In this document: positions 1 through 10,050 of the stretch, one piece after another
Numbering within the stretch: position 1 is the first letter of the stretch
Layout: every line of letters begins with the position of its first letter
Notes under the pieces: generated by a model
Databases searched by the model: none
Seen by the model: only the letters and a program-made list of their open reading frames with translations
Told to the model about the DNA's origin: nothing
Program-made: the position numbers and the translations under genes
Virus record (IMG/VR): IMGVR_UViG_3300023174_005626
Coordinates: 32,001-96,000 of that record
DNA length: 64,000 bases
DNA from: a virus
Taxonomy: Duplodnaviria > Caudoviricetes
Strand: one strand, 5' to 3'

Positions 1-1
1 T

Positions 2-1147
2 AAACCAAGAGTTACCGTCTCCTCTAATTATATTAAAATACTCTTGTAGGTATTCTTTATATGTTCTAATATTTGTTAAAGGTTCTACTTCAGCTTTTGT
101 AAATGAGTCTTGAATTATTTTTTCAAAATTTTCAAGTTTATTTACTAATTGCATTAACGTTATTTCAGGAAAATCTGGCTCAATTAATCCTCTTGATTTG
201 TACTCACCATAAACTTCAAGAATTTTTTGATATCCTTTATTTGATGTAACTTGAACTGTTAGGGCTTCTGTTCCTGATACATTATTTTTAACTTGTCCTA
301 CTTGTGTTTTTCCTTGAGCCTCAGCAGATTTGTTTGATTGTTGTGGACCAATTGGTGTGTCAGCAACATTATAGGTTTGACTATACATGTGTGGTAAAGC
401 CAATAAGTGTCCCATAGAAATTTCGTTCAAGATATTAAACTTGTATCCTTTAAATTCTAAACTAACTTGATAATTTCCACTAAACGAATTAAATCTTGCA
501 TTAAATTTTTCAAGGTTTAACACATATCTTACCGCCTGACCATAGTATCCTTTAAGTGTTAAATTGAATTGTGGATATGGTAAATTAAAAAAAGCTGCGT
601 ATGGTGAATTGTTTCCCAACTCAAACAAAGCCTTTCCTTGTACATCCTCCAACTCAATTCTAACCGTTGGGATAAATGAACTGTTTGTTTGTATGGTAAT
701 TTGTGTAATACCTAGTAATCCATTATCAACAATATTAGTTAAATCTGCTGGACTATCTACAACATAAGGTTTTGAACCATCTTTAGGTGCCTCAGTTTTA
801 GAAAACATCTGATTTTCCCCTTTGAATTTTGTTGAATTTTTTCCTGTTAGTTGGTCATAATAACCGCTACCCAAATAGGAATTTTTTGTTGGCTTTAAAA
901 AATTAATTTTGGCAACAGATATTGTCCTGATTCTGTCGTTTGGTGTTCCGCCTACAGCTAATTTAGTTCTCGGCAACATGTCCGCCTCTAAGTTAGCATA
1001 CATAACCAAATTTTCATGGTCAACTAATCTTTCTTGAATTTTTCCATTATTATCAATTGTTTTGTTTGGGTCAACCACAATGATATTGTTGTAATCAAAT
1101 TCAACATAGATGTCTCCGTTATTGTCCGCTCTAATGTTACCTGCCAT
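2..1147 (-). CDS. Baseplate hub-like structural protein, 5' part (runs off the window)
   Basis: Not in the ORF track. ATG at 1147 reads MAGNIRADNNGDIYVEFDYNN...GLLGITQITIQTNSSFIPTVRIELEDVQGKALFE...FFNLPYPQFNLTLKGYYG and appears open towards position 1. It follows the LysM-like wedge gene, as hub genes do in contractile-tail operons. Confidence 0.6.
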   Translation of the reverse strand, partial: MAGNIRADNNGDIYVEFDYNNIIVVDPNKTIDNNGKIQERLVDHENLVMYANLEADMLPRTKLAVGGTPNDRIRTISVAKINFLKPTKNSYLGSGYYDQLTGKNSTKFKGENQMFSKTEAPKDGSKPYVVDSPADLTNIVDNGLLGITQITIQTNSSFIPTVRIELEDVQGKALFELGNNSPYAAFFNLPYPQFNLTLKGYYGQAVRYVLNLEKFNARFNSFSGNYQVSLEFKGYKFNILNEISMGHLLALPHMYSQTYNVADTPIGPQQSNKSAEAQGKTQVGQVKNNVSGTEALTVQVTSNKGYQKILEVYGEYKSRGLIEPDFPEITLMQLVNKLENFEKIIQDSFTKAEVEPLTNIRTYKEYLQEYFNIIRGDGNSWF

Positions 1148-1460
1148 AATAATAAAAATGATTTTCTATTGCCGCCTTATAATCCTGTAGAGATGGTAGT
1201 AGCGGAAATGGAATAATCAATATTGCACCATCAATGATATTATTCTCAAGACCACCATATTGTGGATTTGTTTGTAATATTAACCAACCAAAATAAGGTG
1301 TACCGTAATATTCTTGAGAAACTCTATCTAATCTACTCTTAGCAACTTTATAGATATACGCTTTGTCCGTAGCCTTTTGAGGTAACTGCACAAAAGGAAC
1401 AACAGTTTGTTGTCCGTTGATTAAGAATTGACTATATCTGTTCCAATATTGAAATGCCAT
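1137..1460 (-). CDS. Baseplate wedge protein, LysM-like (T4 gp53 / P2 gpX type)
   Basis: RLDRVSQEYYGTPYFGWLILQTNP...LIIP matches the gp53/LysM-like pattern; position in the tail operon fits. Confidence 0.7.
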   Translation of the reverse strand: MAFQYWNRYSQFLINGQQTVVPFVQLPQKATDKAYIYKVAKSRLDRVSQEYYGTPYFGWLILQTNPQYGGLENNIIDGAILIIPFPLLPSLQDYKAAIENHFYYYGR

Positions 1461-4400
1461 TAGTTAAGTTTTGCCTTTGAAATATACGCACCTCCTACAT
1501 TTCCATTTAAATCATTCCATGTAGTTTTATTTGTGTTTTGGTTTGTTGAAGCACCTAATCCTTTAATCATATTCTTTTGCGATTCAACATTTAATGCTGA
1601 TGCAGCACTTTCAGTTGTATATTTCAACACTCTTTCTTTTTTATCATACGGAGTATATACCAAATATTTCTTCAATTTATCTTTCTCAAGATTTTCAATA
1701 AATTCTTTAGTGATATTATTTTCTGTAACAAATTGAGGTTTTGCCTTTGTCAACCAATAAGCATCAAATTGTTTTTCAATATCATCAAAACCCTTTCCAA
1801 TAATACCCGCATTACCAATTATATTACCAATTAATGCCTTTTTAAATGTTTCATATTTTTTAGTATCAATAACATCATTTGATAATATCATATATGCTCT
1901 TCTGAACGGCATATTATCGGCAAATTCTGGTGTGGTACTAAAAGGATTAAAAACGTTTTTTGTCTCAAGTTGATTTGAAATACCTTTAGGTGTTACATCA
2001 AACACAAATGGAGCAGTATATTTGGTGTTATTTGCCGTATAAGTAAATGTTGAATTACTATTAAGTATAGTATTAAACTCAACTAAATCAGTTCTTATTT
2101 TGGAAATGTCAGTAAGTATTCCACTTAGGGTATTTGGGACTTTATCGTCAGAAGTGTAATACGTTCTTACTGGTCCTGATTTGGCTTGTAATCCATCGGT
2201 ACCTGTATTAGGAACACCAGGAAAGGATATCATGTTCATTCTAGCAACCGTTTGAATATAAGATTGTTCAACAGTTGTTAAATCTTGTACTATTTTAAAG
2301 ATAGGTGTTAAGTAAGACGATTTCTTTTCTTTCAAGAAATTTTTATAGTTATTCTTTACGGTTTGAATTAATCTTGGGGAAAAGTTTTTCTGAGGGGTTG
2401 AAATGAATTGTATGAAGTTGTCTTCTCCCTGTGAAATATTAAGGGAAAGCGCTTCAAATATAGAATCAACCCTTTGTTGTATATTACTTGGTTTACCAAA
2501 CAACTGAACTGTTGTTCCGTCAATAATATTTCCACTAAAGTAATCTCTTGAAACCATCCACTCTTGTCTCATTGCATTATTGTACTGACTCAAGACCTCT
2601 TTGTTCTTGTTAATAACGTTTGTAAAATAAGTTTGTGTTTGTGTAATAACACCATTCATGAAATCAGTATACGATATTGTACCCGTTTCATTTGTTGCGG
2701 TTACATTACTTGTTAAAATTGAACCTACCGTAGAATTATTATTTTGACCATTGTTTGGTGCCGCTTGGTTAAGAGCTGGTGGTGCTGGTGGTGTAGATTG
2801 ACCCAAAAACTCTTTATCTAACACATCAAGGAATGTTTCCTTATCGGTTACATCCGCTCTGTCATCATAAACTTCTGTGTTGGCATAGTAATTAAATGTT
2901 AACGCGTTTTGTAATTTGTCAATTGATTCTTTTAACCCGCTACCTCCTACAAAGTTGAAACTCAAAGTTACATTTGCAATCATTGGTTGAACACCAATAC
3001 CTTCAGGATTCAAATCCAAATCTTCATATTGGAAGGATAAAGACGTTGGTATAATTTTAGTATTGTAAAAATCACCAACTCTTAAAATCAACACTGGTGG
3101 TGCACCGAACGCTGTGTTTGTTGCATTGTTATATTGCAATACAGGAGCACCTCCAATATCTTTAATAGTTGGAATTGTATCTCCAGGTCTCATACATTGT
3201 TGCAAGAATGTTAATCTTGTGTTTAATCCTTCTGGTGTCATTGAGTGGAAAGCTGGTTGAAAGAACTTAAGTTTTTCCTTAAGGTTATCAAACACCATTG
3301 GAGTTTGTTCCTTGATTGTTTCAAAATAATCACACTCAGATAAAAATTGTCTTAGCACAAATTTAGTGATGTTGTCTCTTGGTTTCCAAGTTCTTTCAAG
3401 TTCTTGAGTTTTAAATGTTTTTGTAACAATTTGGTCTGTAGTTACTGTTGTGTAATTAGGTGTTGGTTCTGTTGTTGGTTGTTTTAAAGTTGATGTTATT
3501 GATTTAATATACGCTCTTCTACACGCCATCGCACCAGCGGTAAAAATGTCTTTAGCACCAACTTCAGTATCTCCACCACTATTTTCCTCATCAGAACAAT
3601 CATAGTTGTTTTTTATAGTAAAAACTGAAGCATCATAAACACCGCTTTTAGCTGTTGCTGCTTTAGGTTGTGATTTAGCCACCTCACCTAAGGTTTTACC
3701 TGGTTGTACAATTAAAGTTTTTCCTATATATTTTTTCAAATCAGGGTTTGATGTAAAAAATTCAACCGCTGATTGAACTCTTCTTTCTGATAATGACAAA
3801 TTATATTGTTTACTAGCGGGTGCTGAACAACTTGCGTCAATAGTAATTGTAATAGTTCCATCACCATCTTTAGCCTGTGATAATTGTTTAATTAAATCAT
3901 TTGTTAATGATTTCATTATTTCATAGTTAGGTGTAACAACCGTGTTAAACATTTCGTTTACACCTGTTAAATCTGCAGGTTTTGCATGAGTATTATAATA
4001 TGTTACATTAGATGGTGCAGTATATCTTGTGTATTCGTTTTGATAAGCACTAACTTGTCCTTTCTTTGGGTAATCATTTCCAAAATAAAAACCCCATTCA
4101 ACATATTTTGCAAAAGGATTTTGTCCTGAACTACCTTGGTTTGATTGAGCAATTGAATCAGCACCTCCATTCGGTGAATTATACCCTGTTTGGATTGTTT
4201 GTTTTGTTGTTATTAATTGTTCTCTTGTTAAATCTTTTGATGTTATTGCCGTTTGAAGAAGATACAAATCATTTGGATTAATTGTATAATATTTCTTAGC
4301 CAATTCATAGATATCATATTTTCTACATCCCGCAAAGAATGAATCCAAAATAGAATTAACTCTTGTCTTGTTTGTTTCGTTACCCAAAACTTTATCAACA

Positions 4401-6517
4401 ATTGTGTTTAAAATTGATGGATGGTCAACAACTATTTTCCATTGTAATGTTCCACCTCTTGATGTGTTTTTGTAAGTATATATTGGTTCTGGCCTTCCCA
4501 AGAAATCACTCTGATTCCAGTTGGCTGAAACGTTCTCACTAAATGTTAGACCATATGGAGGGAACCACATAACTCTACCACCATTAGGACCTCTTTCACA
4601 AAGAGCCAAATCATTTGTTGAAAATCCCCTTGCACTATTTGAAGTTCTCCAAGCTAAATTTTCAATTGAGAACATGTACTTTTTAGCATAACCAACATTT
4701 GTACTTAACCCACCAGGTCCGTTAATCAAGTTAGTTGAACTTTGTCCACCCTCTTGTTTGTTGGGATAAATGTTTAAGTTATATGTGTTATCCAATACTG
4801 AATTAGAAAATCTTCTACCGTTTACAGTAATACCATCAACTTTTTGTAAGTCGTTGTATTGTAAGTAAGGAATGTCTTTTGCAAAAACTCTACAATATTC
4901 CGTACCAACTTCTTGACCAATTTCACCCGTGTATTTAATAACTCTTGAACCCTTAGTCATTTCTTTATATCCGTCATTGAATACTTTACTAACTTGGTCA
5001 ATCGCATTACCCGCGTGTTGTAGTCTCTTTCCTCCTTGTGGTTGACTATCAATAATTCTTTGAGTATCGTTCAAGATTGAACCATCTCTGAATTGAAAGT
5101 TTGTTGATTCTGTTGAATTATATGATGAAGGTTTAAAGTCTTGGTTTTGATTAACAATTTCCCCGCCAATTCCAACGGTAAACCCTGCATTGTTTTTATA
5201 CTTAGGTGATACCCAAGTCATTCCACCCTCAATCCCACCACCATTGCTATATGTTGGACCGTTAGCCCCAAGTCTAATTTCTCTACTTGGTCCTTCATAA
5301 AGTTGTGCCAACTCTGTTGGTCCATATACTGGTGATTGTTGTTCAACACCATATGAGTTTGCAGGTATTGCTCCTGCTGGTGAAAATACTCTTGATGGGT
5401 CAGAGGATAATGAACCAACATAATAGTTCGCGTTGTCCGTTGTTGAACCTACAATAGCCCCACCTAATCTATCAAATAAAGTTCTATCAAAACTTGGCTT
5501 ATATTTGTTATAATCAAGGTTACCGAACAATCTTGATTTTTGTCCACCACCCATGTTGTTATACATGATTTGTGAACCTGTTTGTCCACCACCTAATAAT
5601 CTATTAAAGAATCTACCAACAGTGCTTTGTCTGAAAGCATTATTCATCTGTTGGATTGTTGTAGGTTGTTTTAAAGACGTGTTAGGGTCAAAATAAGAAC
5701 CTGGTATTGGTGATACAGGTAAAATACTACCAGCTAGTCTAAGAGCGAAATCTGTAGCTGCTAATATGGGGTTGGTAGGTACTGTGATTGTGTAGTTAGG
5801 TTCAATCAATGGTACTCTACCTGTAACTAAATTAAGAATGTCAGTTCCACTTCTTACATTGAATACGTTAGCTCTTCCAATCGTATTTCTTTTGATTTCA
5901 GACGCAATTCTATTTTCAAATTCTTTTTTTAGAACTTGAGCACCTAAACGGGCAATATATGAATCGGAACTTAATAAACCGTTACTACCTTGTGGGTCTG
6001 GCGATAATAAAATCCCAATTGGTCCATAACTTGATGGATTAAACGTTGTTGGATATGGTTGGTTATTATATAACTGTAATGATGCGGTAATACCACCTTG
6101 ATTTTGATTTGTAATGAACTCACCTGCATCTAAAACTCCTTGCCCACCATTTGAATACGCATTAACTTTTTTCCAATTCTTGGCTTCAGCAATACCTTGG
6201 TCGAGTATGTGAGCATCTTGTTGACCTGGTCCGTATTCCCCTTGGTTAGATATGGTATTTAAAAGACCATTAGGGTCGGGAACTTGTCTATATCCACCTT
6301 CAGCACCCCACTCGTTTAATGGATATAATTTGTTTGCAAATGAAGGTTCGTCAATTAATACATCAGGACTATCTGTAACAGATGCATCAGATTGAATATA
6401 CTCGTAGTTAGTTGGGGGCGTAGGTCTATTAGGTGCTTTCGCATAAGGTACCAGATTCTTAACAATTAGTTTTTTCCTAAAAGCTTCTGAGTTAACTAAA
6501 TCTAACGGACTTGGCAT
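1460..6517 (-). CDS. Large baseplate/tail-tube initiator protein with an inserted OmpA-like domain (1685 aa)
   Basis: Tube-initiator-like motifs FPPYGLTFSENVSANW..FLGRPEPIYTY and FGAPPVLILRVGDFYNTKII..PMIANVTLSF; OmpA-like IDASCS..YNLSLSERRVQSAVEFF; lies directly after the tape measure gene. Confidence 0.6.
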   Translation of the reverse strand: MPSPLDLVNSEAFRKKLIVKNLVPYAKAPNRPTPPTNYEYIQSDASVTDSPDVLIDEPSFANKLYPLNEWGAEGGYRQVPDPNGLLNTISNQGEYGPGQQDAHILDQGIAEAKNWKKVNAYSNGGQGVLDAGEFITNQNQGGITASLQLYNNQPYPTTFNPSSYGPIGILLSPDPQGSNGLLSSDSYIARLGAQVLKKEFENRIASEIKRNTIGRANVFNVRSGTDILNLVTGRVPLIEPNYTITVPTNPILAATDFALRLAGSILPVSPIPGSYFDPNTSLKQPTTIQQMNNAFRQSTVGRFFNRLLGGGQTGSQIMYNNMGGGQKSRLFGNLDYNKYKPSFDRTLFDRLGGAIVGSTTDNANYYVGSLSSDPSRVFSPAGAIPANSYGVEQQSPVYGPTELAQLYEGPSREIRLGANGPTYSNGGGIEGGMTWVSPKYKNNAGFTVGIGGEIVNQNQDFKPSSYNSTESTNFQFRDGSILNDTQRIIDSQPQGGKRLQHAGNAIDQVSKVFNDGYKEMTKGSRVIKYTGEIGQEVGTEYCRVFAKDIPYLQYNDLQKVDGITVNGRRFSNSVLDNTYNLNIYPNKQEGGQSSTNLINGPGGLSTNVGYAKKYMFSIENLAWRTSNSARGFSTNDLALCERGPNGGRVMWFPPYGLTFSENVSANWNQSDFLGRPEPIYTYKNTSRGGTLQWKIVVDHPSILNTIVDKVLGNETNKTRVNSILDSFFAGCRKYDIYELAKKYYTINPNDLYLLQTAITSKDLTREQLITTKQTIQTGYNSPNGGADSIAQSNQGSSGQNPFAKYVEWGFYFGNDYPKKGQVSAYQNEYTRYTAPSNVTYYNTHAKPADLTGVNEMFNTVVTPNYEIMKSLTNDLIKQLSQAKDGDGTITITIDASCSAPASKQYNLSLSERRVQSAVEFFTSNPDLKKYIGKTLIVQPGKTLGEVAKSQPKAATAKSGVYDASVFTIKNNYDCSDEENSGGDTEVGAKDIFTAGAMACRRAYIKSITSTLKQPTTEPTPNYTTVTTDQIVTKTFKTQELERTWKPRDNITKFVLRQFLSECDYFETIKEQTPMVFDNLKEKLKFFQPAFHSMTPEGLNTRLTFLQQCMRPGDTIPTIKDIGGAPVLQYNNATNTAFGAPPVLILRVGDFYNTKIIPTSLSFQYEDLDLNPEGIGVQPMIANVTLSFNFVGGSGLKESIDKLQNALTFNYYANTEVYDDRADVTDKETFLDVLDKEFLGQSTPPAPPALNQAAPNNGQNNNSTVGSILTSNVTATNETGTISYTDFMNGVITQTQTYFTNVINKNKEVLSQYNNAMRQEWMVSRDYFSGNIIDGTTVQLFGKPSNIQQRVDSIFEALSLNISQGEDNFIQFISTPQKNFSPRLIQTVKNNYKNFLKEKKSSYLTPIFKIVQDLTTVEQSYIQTVARMNMISFPGVPNTGTDGLQAKSGPVRTYYTSDDKVPNTLSGILTDISKIRTDLVEFNTILNSNSTFTYTANNTKYTAPFVFDVTPKGISNQLETKNVFNPFSTTPEFADNMPFRRAYMILSNDVIDTKKYETFKKALIGNIIGNAGIIGKGFDDIEKQFDAYWLTKAKPQFVTENNITKEFIENLEKDKLKKYLVYTPYDKKERVLKYTTESAASALNVESQKNMIKGLGASTNQNTNKTTWNDLNGNVGGAYISKAKLN

Positions 6518-6531
6518 TAATTTCTTTTTAT

Positions 6532-6538
6532 ATAAATA
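6532..6538 (-). promoter_or_regulatory. Putative late promoter TATTTAT
   Basis: Sense-strand TATTTATA about 15 nt upstream of the ATG at 6517; the motif recurs before many structural genes. Confidence 0.6.
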
Positions 6539-6555
6539 GGTAATTTATATTTTTT

Positions 6556-8475
6556 TTATCCCCATACAGGTCCTGATGATGATGGTGTTACCGCCTTATA
6601 ATCACCAACTACAGGGGTTCCTTTCATTGGGTTGTTTGGTTGACTATATGATGACAACATAGCTTGTGTGTTAAGTTGTTCAAAATTATTTGTAAGAGCC
6701 TTAGACAACGCCTCATTAACTGTTTTGGTAAGCATTGCACCATCTATTTTTGAAGCTCCACTACCATCAACAGTAATTTTGAGTGGTGTTGTAAAATCTA
6801 TTTGAACTTTTGTTGTATTATTTGTTGGAGTAAGACCTTTACTGCCTAAATTGATTGGGTCTGATTTACCCATTAATCCACTATAGGTCGAGTATTTTCC
6901 ACCATCAACATTCGGTCTTCTATCATCACCTAATAATTTATCAATTAAGGTTTTTCCACCCTTTTCTGTTGCTGATTTGTCAGTACTAAGTTTATCACTC
7001 ATTTGATTGAGAGCTTTCAAGACACCTTCTTTAAATTCTGAACCAAATTTTTGTGATTGTTTATCTGCAGTTTCTAATAAAGTGGCACTAGCCTCTGCAA
7101 GACCTTTATTAGGGTCATTCATATCCTTGAAAAATTGTTTGAAGTCAGCGATTGCCGTTGTTGCCATTTGTCTTCCACTGGTTGTTTTTCCGTAAAAATC
7201 AGAAAGAGTACCTGTAATTGCATCAGTTAATCTTCTTCCACCCTCAACCTCTTTATTGATTGTTTGATTACTAGCAAATCCATACATAAATCCGTGGTAA
7301 ATTGCTCTTACATCACCAGCAACCATTTGACTATAGTCTAATTGAGACCTAGCAATTTCTTCTAATGATTTCGGCCCTTCTTTTTGTTCCTTAAGTGTTG
7401 CTTCTAATTGTTGTTGATTTACGTTTGTAAGTTTCTCCCATCGTCTTTCTCCTGAAACACTATCTTTAATACTAATCTCATATTCACCACCATCACCCAT
7501 TCTTGAAATGTTGGAAAGTAATTGTTTGTCTTCCTCTTTAACATTCAATCCAACAGCACTAATTGCTGAAAGTCTATAATCAGCTTCTTTAGCTGCTAAT
7601 CCAAGTTTTGTCATTTCTGTCGCGCTTACCTGTGTTTGGTCTTCAAGTTCTTTGAGTCTTATAACCCCTTCAGGTGTGATTTTAAACGTTTTTGTTTTTT
7701 CATCTAAATAAGTAAATTGTTTTGCTACGTTGACTAAACTATCTTGTATACCTTGTGGATTATTAATTGAATCATTCATCAATCTGAATGGGTCCGCTAA
7801 ATCACCTACCGCCAATCCCAATCTTTGGAATGCGGATGCAACCTCAATCGCTCTTTCAGGTTTATATAAATTATCCGCCAATCTGAATGTTGTATTCATA
7901 TCAAACCTTAACATTGACGCTTGTGCCGCCATTTTTGTTAAACCTTGCACCCCACCCTCAAACTGATAACGGTTTAGTTGGTCCATGTTTTGGGTTACAA
8001 CTTTATAAACCTCTTTTGTATTACCACCAATACTTTGAATATAATTTATTGAATCCTCAATTTGTTTTGACATTTGAGCAACTCCAACACCCACATCAGC
8101 AAAACCACTTACTAAAGTTTTAATACTTTGTTCAGTTACTCTAGACGCGGCGTAAAGTTTTTCTGTTTGTTCTGTTGTAGCAATAATGTTTCTTCTACTT
8201 TCAACCGCAATGTCAGAAATTGCTTTTTGAGCATCAATAAGACTACCACCAAGTCTATCAATACGAGGGGTGGCATCCGCTAACGCGGTTTTAATATCAC
8301 CAATCCTTTGTCTTGTTTCACCGAAAACTCTATTGATTTCACCACCATAAACATCTAAGTCAGTAATAGCTCTGCCGATATCAGTAAAGAACGCAGTTAA
8401 AGAATTCTTACGGTACTCCTCAATCTTGTCGGTGAGTTCTTTGAAATAATCAAGAGGATTTTGTTCGTTAGCCAT
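6556..8475 (-). CDS. Tail tape measure protein
   Basis: 639 aa, helical and A/Q/K-rich; sits between the tail chaperone and tube initiator genes. Confidence 0.65.
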   Translation of the reverse strand: MANEQNPLDYFKELTDKIEEYRKNSLTAFFTDIGRAITDLDVYGGEINRVFGETRQRIGDIKTALADATPRIDRLGGSLIDAQKAISDIAVESRRNIIATTEQTEKLYAASRVTEQSIKTLVSGFADVGVGVAQMSKQIEDSINYIQSIGGNTKEVYKVVTQNMDQLNRYQFEGGVQGLTKMAAQASMLRFDMNTTFRLADNLYKPERAIEVASAFQRLGLAVGDLADPFRLMNDSINNPQGIQDSLVNVAKQFTYLDEKTKTFKITPEGVIRLKELEDQTQVSATEMTKLGLAAKEADYRLSAISAVGLNVKEEDKQLLSNISRMGDGGEYEISIKDSVSGERRWEKLTNVNQQQLEATLKEQKEGPKSLEEIARSQLDYSQMVAGDVRAIYHGFMYGFASNQTINKEVEGGRRLTDAITGTLSDFYGKTTSGRQMATTAIADFKQFFKDMNDPNKGLAEASATLLETADKQSQKFGSEFKEGVLKALNQMSDKLSTDKSATEKGGKTLIDKLLGDDRRPNVDGGKYSTYSGLMGKSDPINLGSKGLTPTNNTTKVQIDFTTPLKITVDGSGASKIDGAMLTKTVNEALSKALTNNFEQLNTQAMLSSYSQPNNPMKGTPVVGDYKAVTPSSSGPVWG

Positions 8476-8490
8476 ATATTAACTTTTCTT

Positions 8491-8497
8491 ATAAATA
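8491..8497 (-). promoter_or_regulatory. Putative late promoter TATTTAT for the tape measure gene
   Basis: GTATTTAT directly after a terminator hairpin, about 15 nt before the ATG at 8475. Confidence 0.6.
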
Positions 8498-8498
8498 C

Positions 8499-8522
8499 AA
8501 AAAGACTGAAAATTCAGTCTTT
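8499..8522 (-). terminator. Intrinsic terminator after the chaperone extension
   Basis: AAAGACTGAA/TTCAGTCTTT inverted repeat followed by a T run on the minus strand. Confidence 0.65.
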
Positions 8523-8667
8523 ATTATTTTCTTCAATCCATTTATCTAACAAATATTTTCTTGCGAAAATCGGCATTTGTAAAAAATCATTGTAAGAAAC
8601 ATTCAATAACTTACTTAGATAGTAAAATTCGTCTAGTTGACTTTTCCTATAATCAGAAGAAAGGGCG
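8514..8667 (-). CDS. Frameshifted C-terminal extension of the tail assembly chaperone (G-T type)
   Basis: The +1 frame after GAC-TTT-TTT-CGC reads ALSSDYRKSQLDEFYYLSKLLNVSYNDFLQMPIFARKYLLDKWIEENNKD*. There is no ATG at its start, and it lies between the chaperone and tape measure genes. Confidence 0.65.
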
Positions 8668-9396
8668 AAAAAAGTCCACCCCAAAACCAACGTTAACCGT
8701 TAGCAATTCTCCTGATGGGGTTGTTACTGTTTTCTTCATATCTAATTTTGGTTCATTTTCATCCATAAACTTTTTCAAGAATTTGGAATCAGCAATCGGC
8801 ATTTGTTCAATAAATTTAACAATTTCACCTTTGTCTGTTGAACCATTTAATTCAACAATTTGTTTTGTAAGTCTCCAAGTAACTTTTGGTGCCACTCTAC
8901 CTTGTGGATATGTGTCAGCCATTTTTTCAATTTCCATAATTTCACCATATGATAATGGTTTTACTTTAATTGAAGTTTGTGACTTTGGTAACATTAGTGA
9001 AAAAGTACCGTCTTCATTTGGTTTTTGACCTTCAACAATGTTTAACACACTTAAATCAACTCTTGTTTGGAATGGTTTTCTTGTTGCTGGGTCAGTTAAG
9101 TTTACAACCATTTCAGTACCAAAAGAAGTATTTCTTAAGAAGATTAAAATAGCTTCAATGTCTCCTTCCAATAAATCTTCAATTCTTGTATCTGGTTCGT
9201 AAACTTTTGCTCTTAATAAGTTAACTGCCAAGTCGGCAACCCCACCCATTAAGATATTCTCATCAGCAGCGGTTAAATAACCTACCTTTAATGATTTCTT
9301 TTTATTTTTGTAGAACACTCCACCTGATGGTAAAGGAACCACGTCATGTGGAAGTGAAAAGTCTTTCTGTCCGTATTCTCTTGATTGGTCTTGCAT
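8653..9396 (-). CDS. Tail/baseplate assembly chaperone (T4 gp26-like)
   Basis: VPLPSGGVFY..LTAADENIL..LLEGDIEAILIFLRNTSFG..DFFRPFF; located between the tube and tape measure genes. Confidence 0.75.
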   Translation of the reverse strand: MQDQSREYGQKDFSLPHDVVPLPSGGVFYKNKKKSLKVGYLTAADENILMGGVADLAVNLLRAKVYEPDTRIEDLLEGDIEAILIFLRNTSFGTEMVVNLTDPATRKPFQTRVDLSVLNIVEGQKPNEDGTFSLMLPKSQTSIKVKPLSYGEIMEIEKMADTYPQGRVAPKVTWRLTKQIVELNGSTDKGEIVKFIEQMPIADSKFLKKFMDENEPKLDMKKTVTTPSGELLTVNVGFGVDFFRPFF

Positions 9397-9397
9397 A

Positions 9398-9436
9398 TAA
9401 AAAAATTAACCGTATAGTTTATGTCTATACGGTTAA
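9398..9436 (-). terminator. Intrinsic terminator after the tail tube gene
   Basis: 12-bp perfect stem TTAACCGTATAG/CTATACGGTTAA followed by a T run on the minus strand. Confidence 0.75.
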
Positions 9437-9468
9437 ATATAAGGGTAAATAAATTTTTATAAAGAGTA

Positions 9469-9957
9469 TTAGTATACTAACACACATCTGTCCATTCTCA
9501 ATGTAGCAGCAATTGTAGCTAAACCATCTTGGTTGTAAGCTAACTGATTGAAGTTAACATCTGTCATAAATGTACCATACAAAATCCATTTTTCAACCAC
9601 AACTCCTGTTGGGTCTAACATTTCAATGTCAATATCTTTTTTGTATCCTGCGGCATATCCCATACGACCTGTAACTGATTCCGCACATAGACGAACCCAC
9701 TCCATAAGAGCTTGAGCCGCTGATGGTCCGATTGGGTCTCTGAACACCACGTTAATGGTTTGCCAGTTGAATCTTCCTGCAACAAATGTTGATGTATTAA
9801 GGAACGGTATTTCAGTAGCGTTAATTGTAATGTGAGGTCTTGCAGCACTTTCCACAAACCACTCATTAATTCCTAAACTTGACGGGAATCTTAAAATAAA
9901 ACGATTCTGACGTTTCGGTTCATAAGGAAGAGGCATTTTCATTAGTAAATCAGCCAT
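9469..9957 (-). CDS. gp19: Tail tube protein (T4 gp19-like)
   Basis: YEPKRQNRFIL..AGRFNWQTINVVFRDPI..GYKKDIDIEMLDPTGVVVEKWILYGTF; 162 aa, downstream of the sheath. Confidence 0.9.
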   Translation of the reverse strand: MADLLMKMPLPYEPKRQNRFILRFPSSLGINEWFVESAARPHITINATEIPFLNTSTFVAGRFNWQTINVVFRDPIGPSAAQALMEWVRLCAESVTGRMGYAAGYKKDIDIEMLDPTGVVVEKWILYGTFMTDVNFNQLAYNQDGLATIAATLRMDRCVLVY

Positions 9958-9990
9958 ATTATTAAATTTTTGTTTCTTTGTTTATAATTG

Positions 9991-9997
9991 ATAAATA
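9991..9997 (-). promoter_or_regulatory. Putative late promoter TATTTAT for the tail tube gene
   Basis: Sense-strand TATTTAT upstream of the ATG at 9957. Confidence 0.55.
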
Positions 9998-10050
9998 TAG
10001 TCGTGTTGAAAAATTTTTTCCCTTTACTTTGTTTTTTAAAAAGAATATCC

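Noticed and set aside
8561-9028. 155-aa plus-strand ORF
   Set aside because: It is antisense to the chaperone and its frameshift extension, with no recognisable motif.
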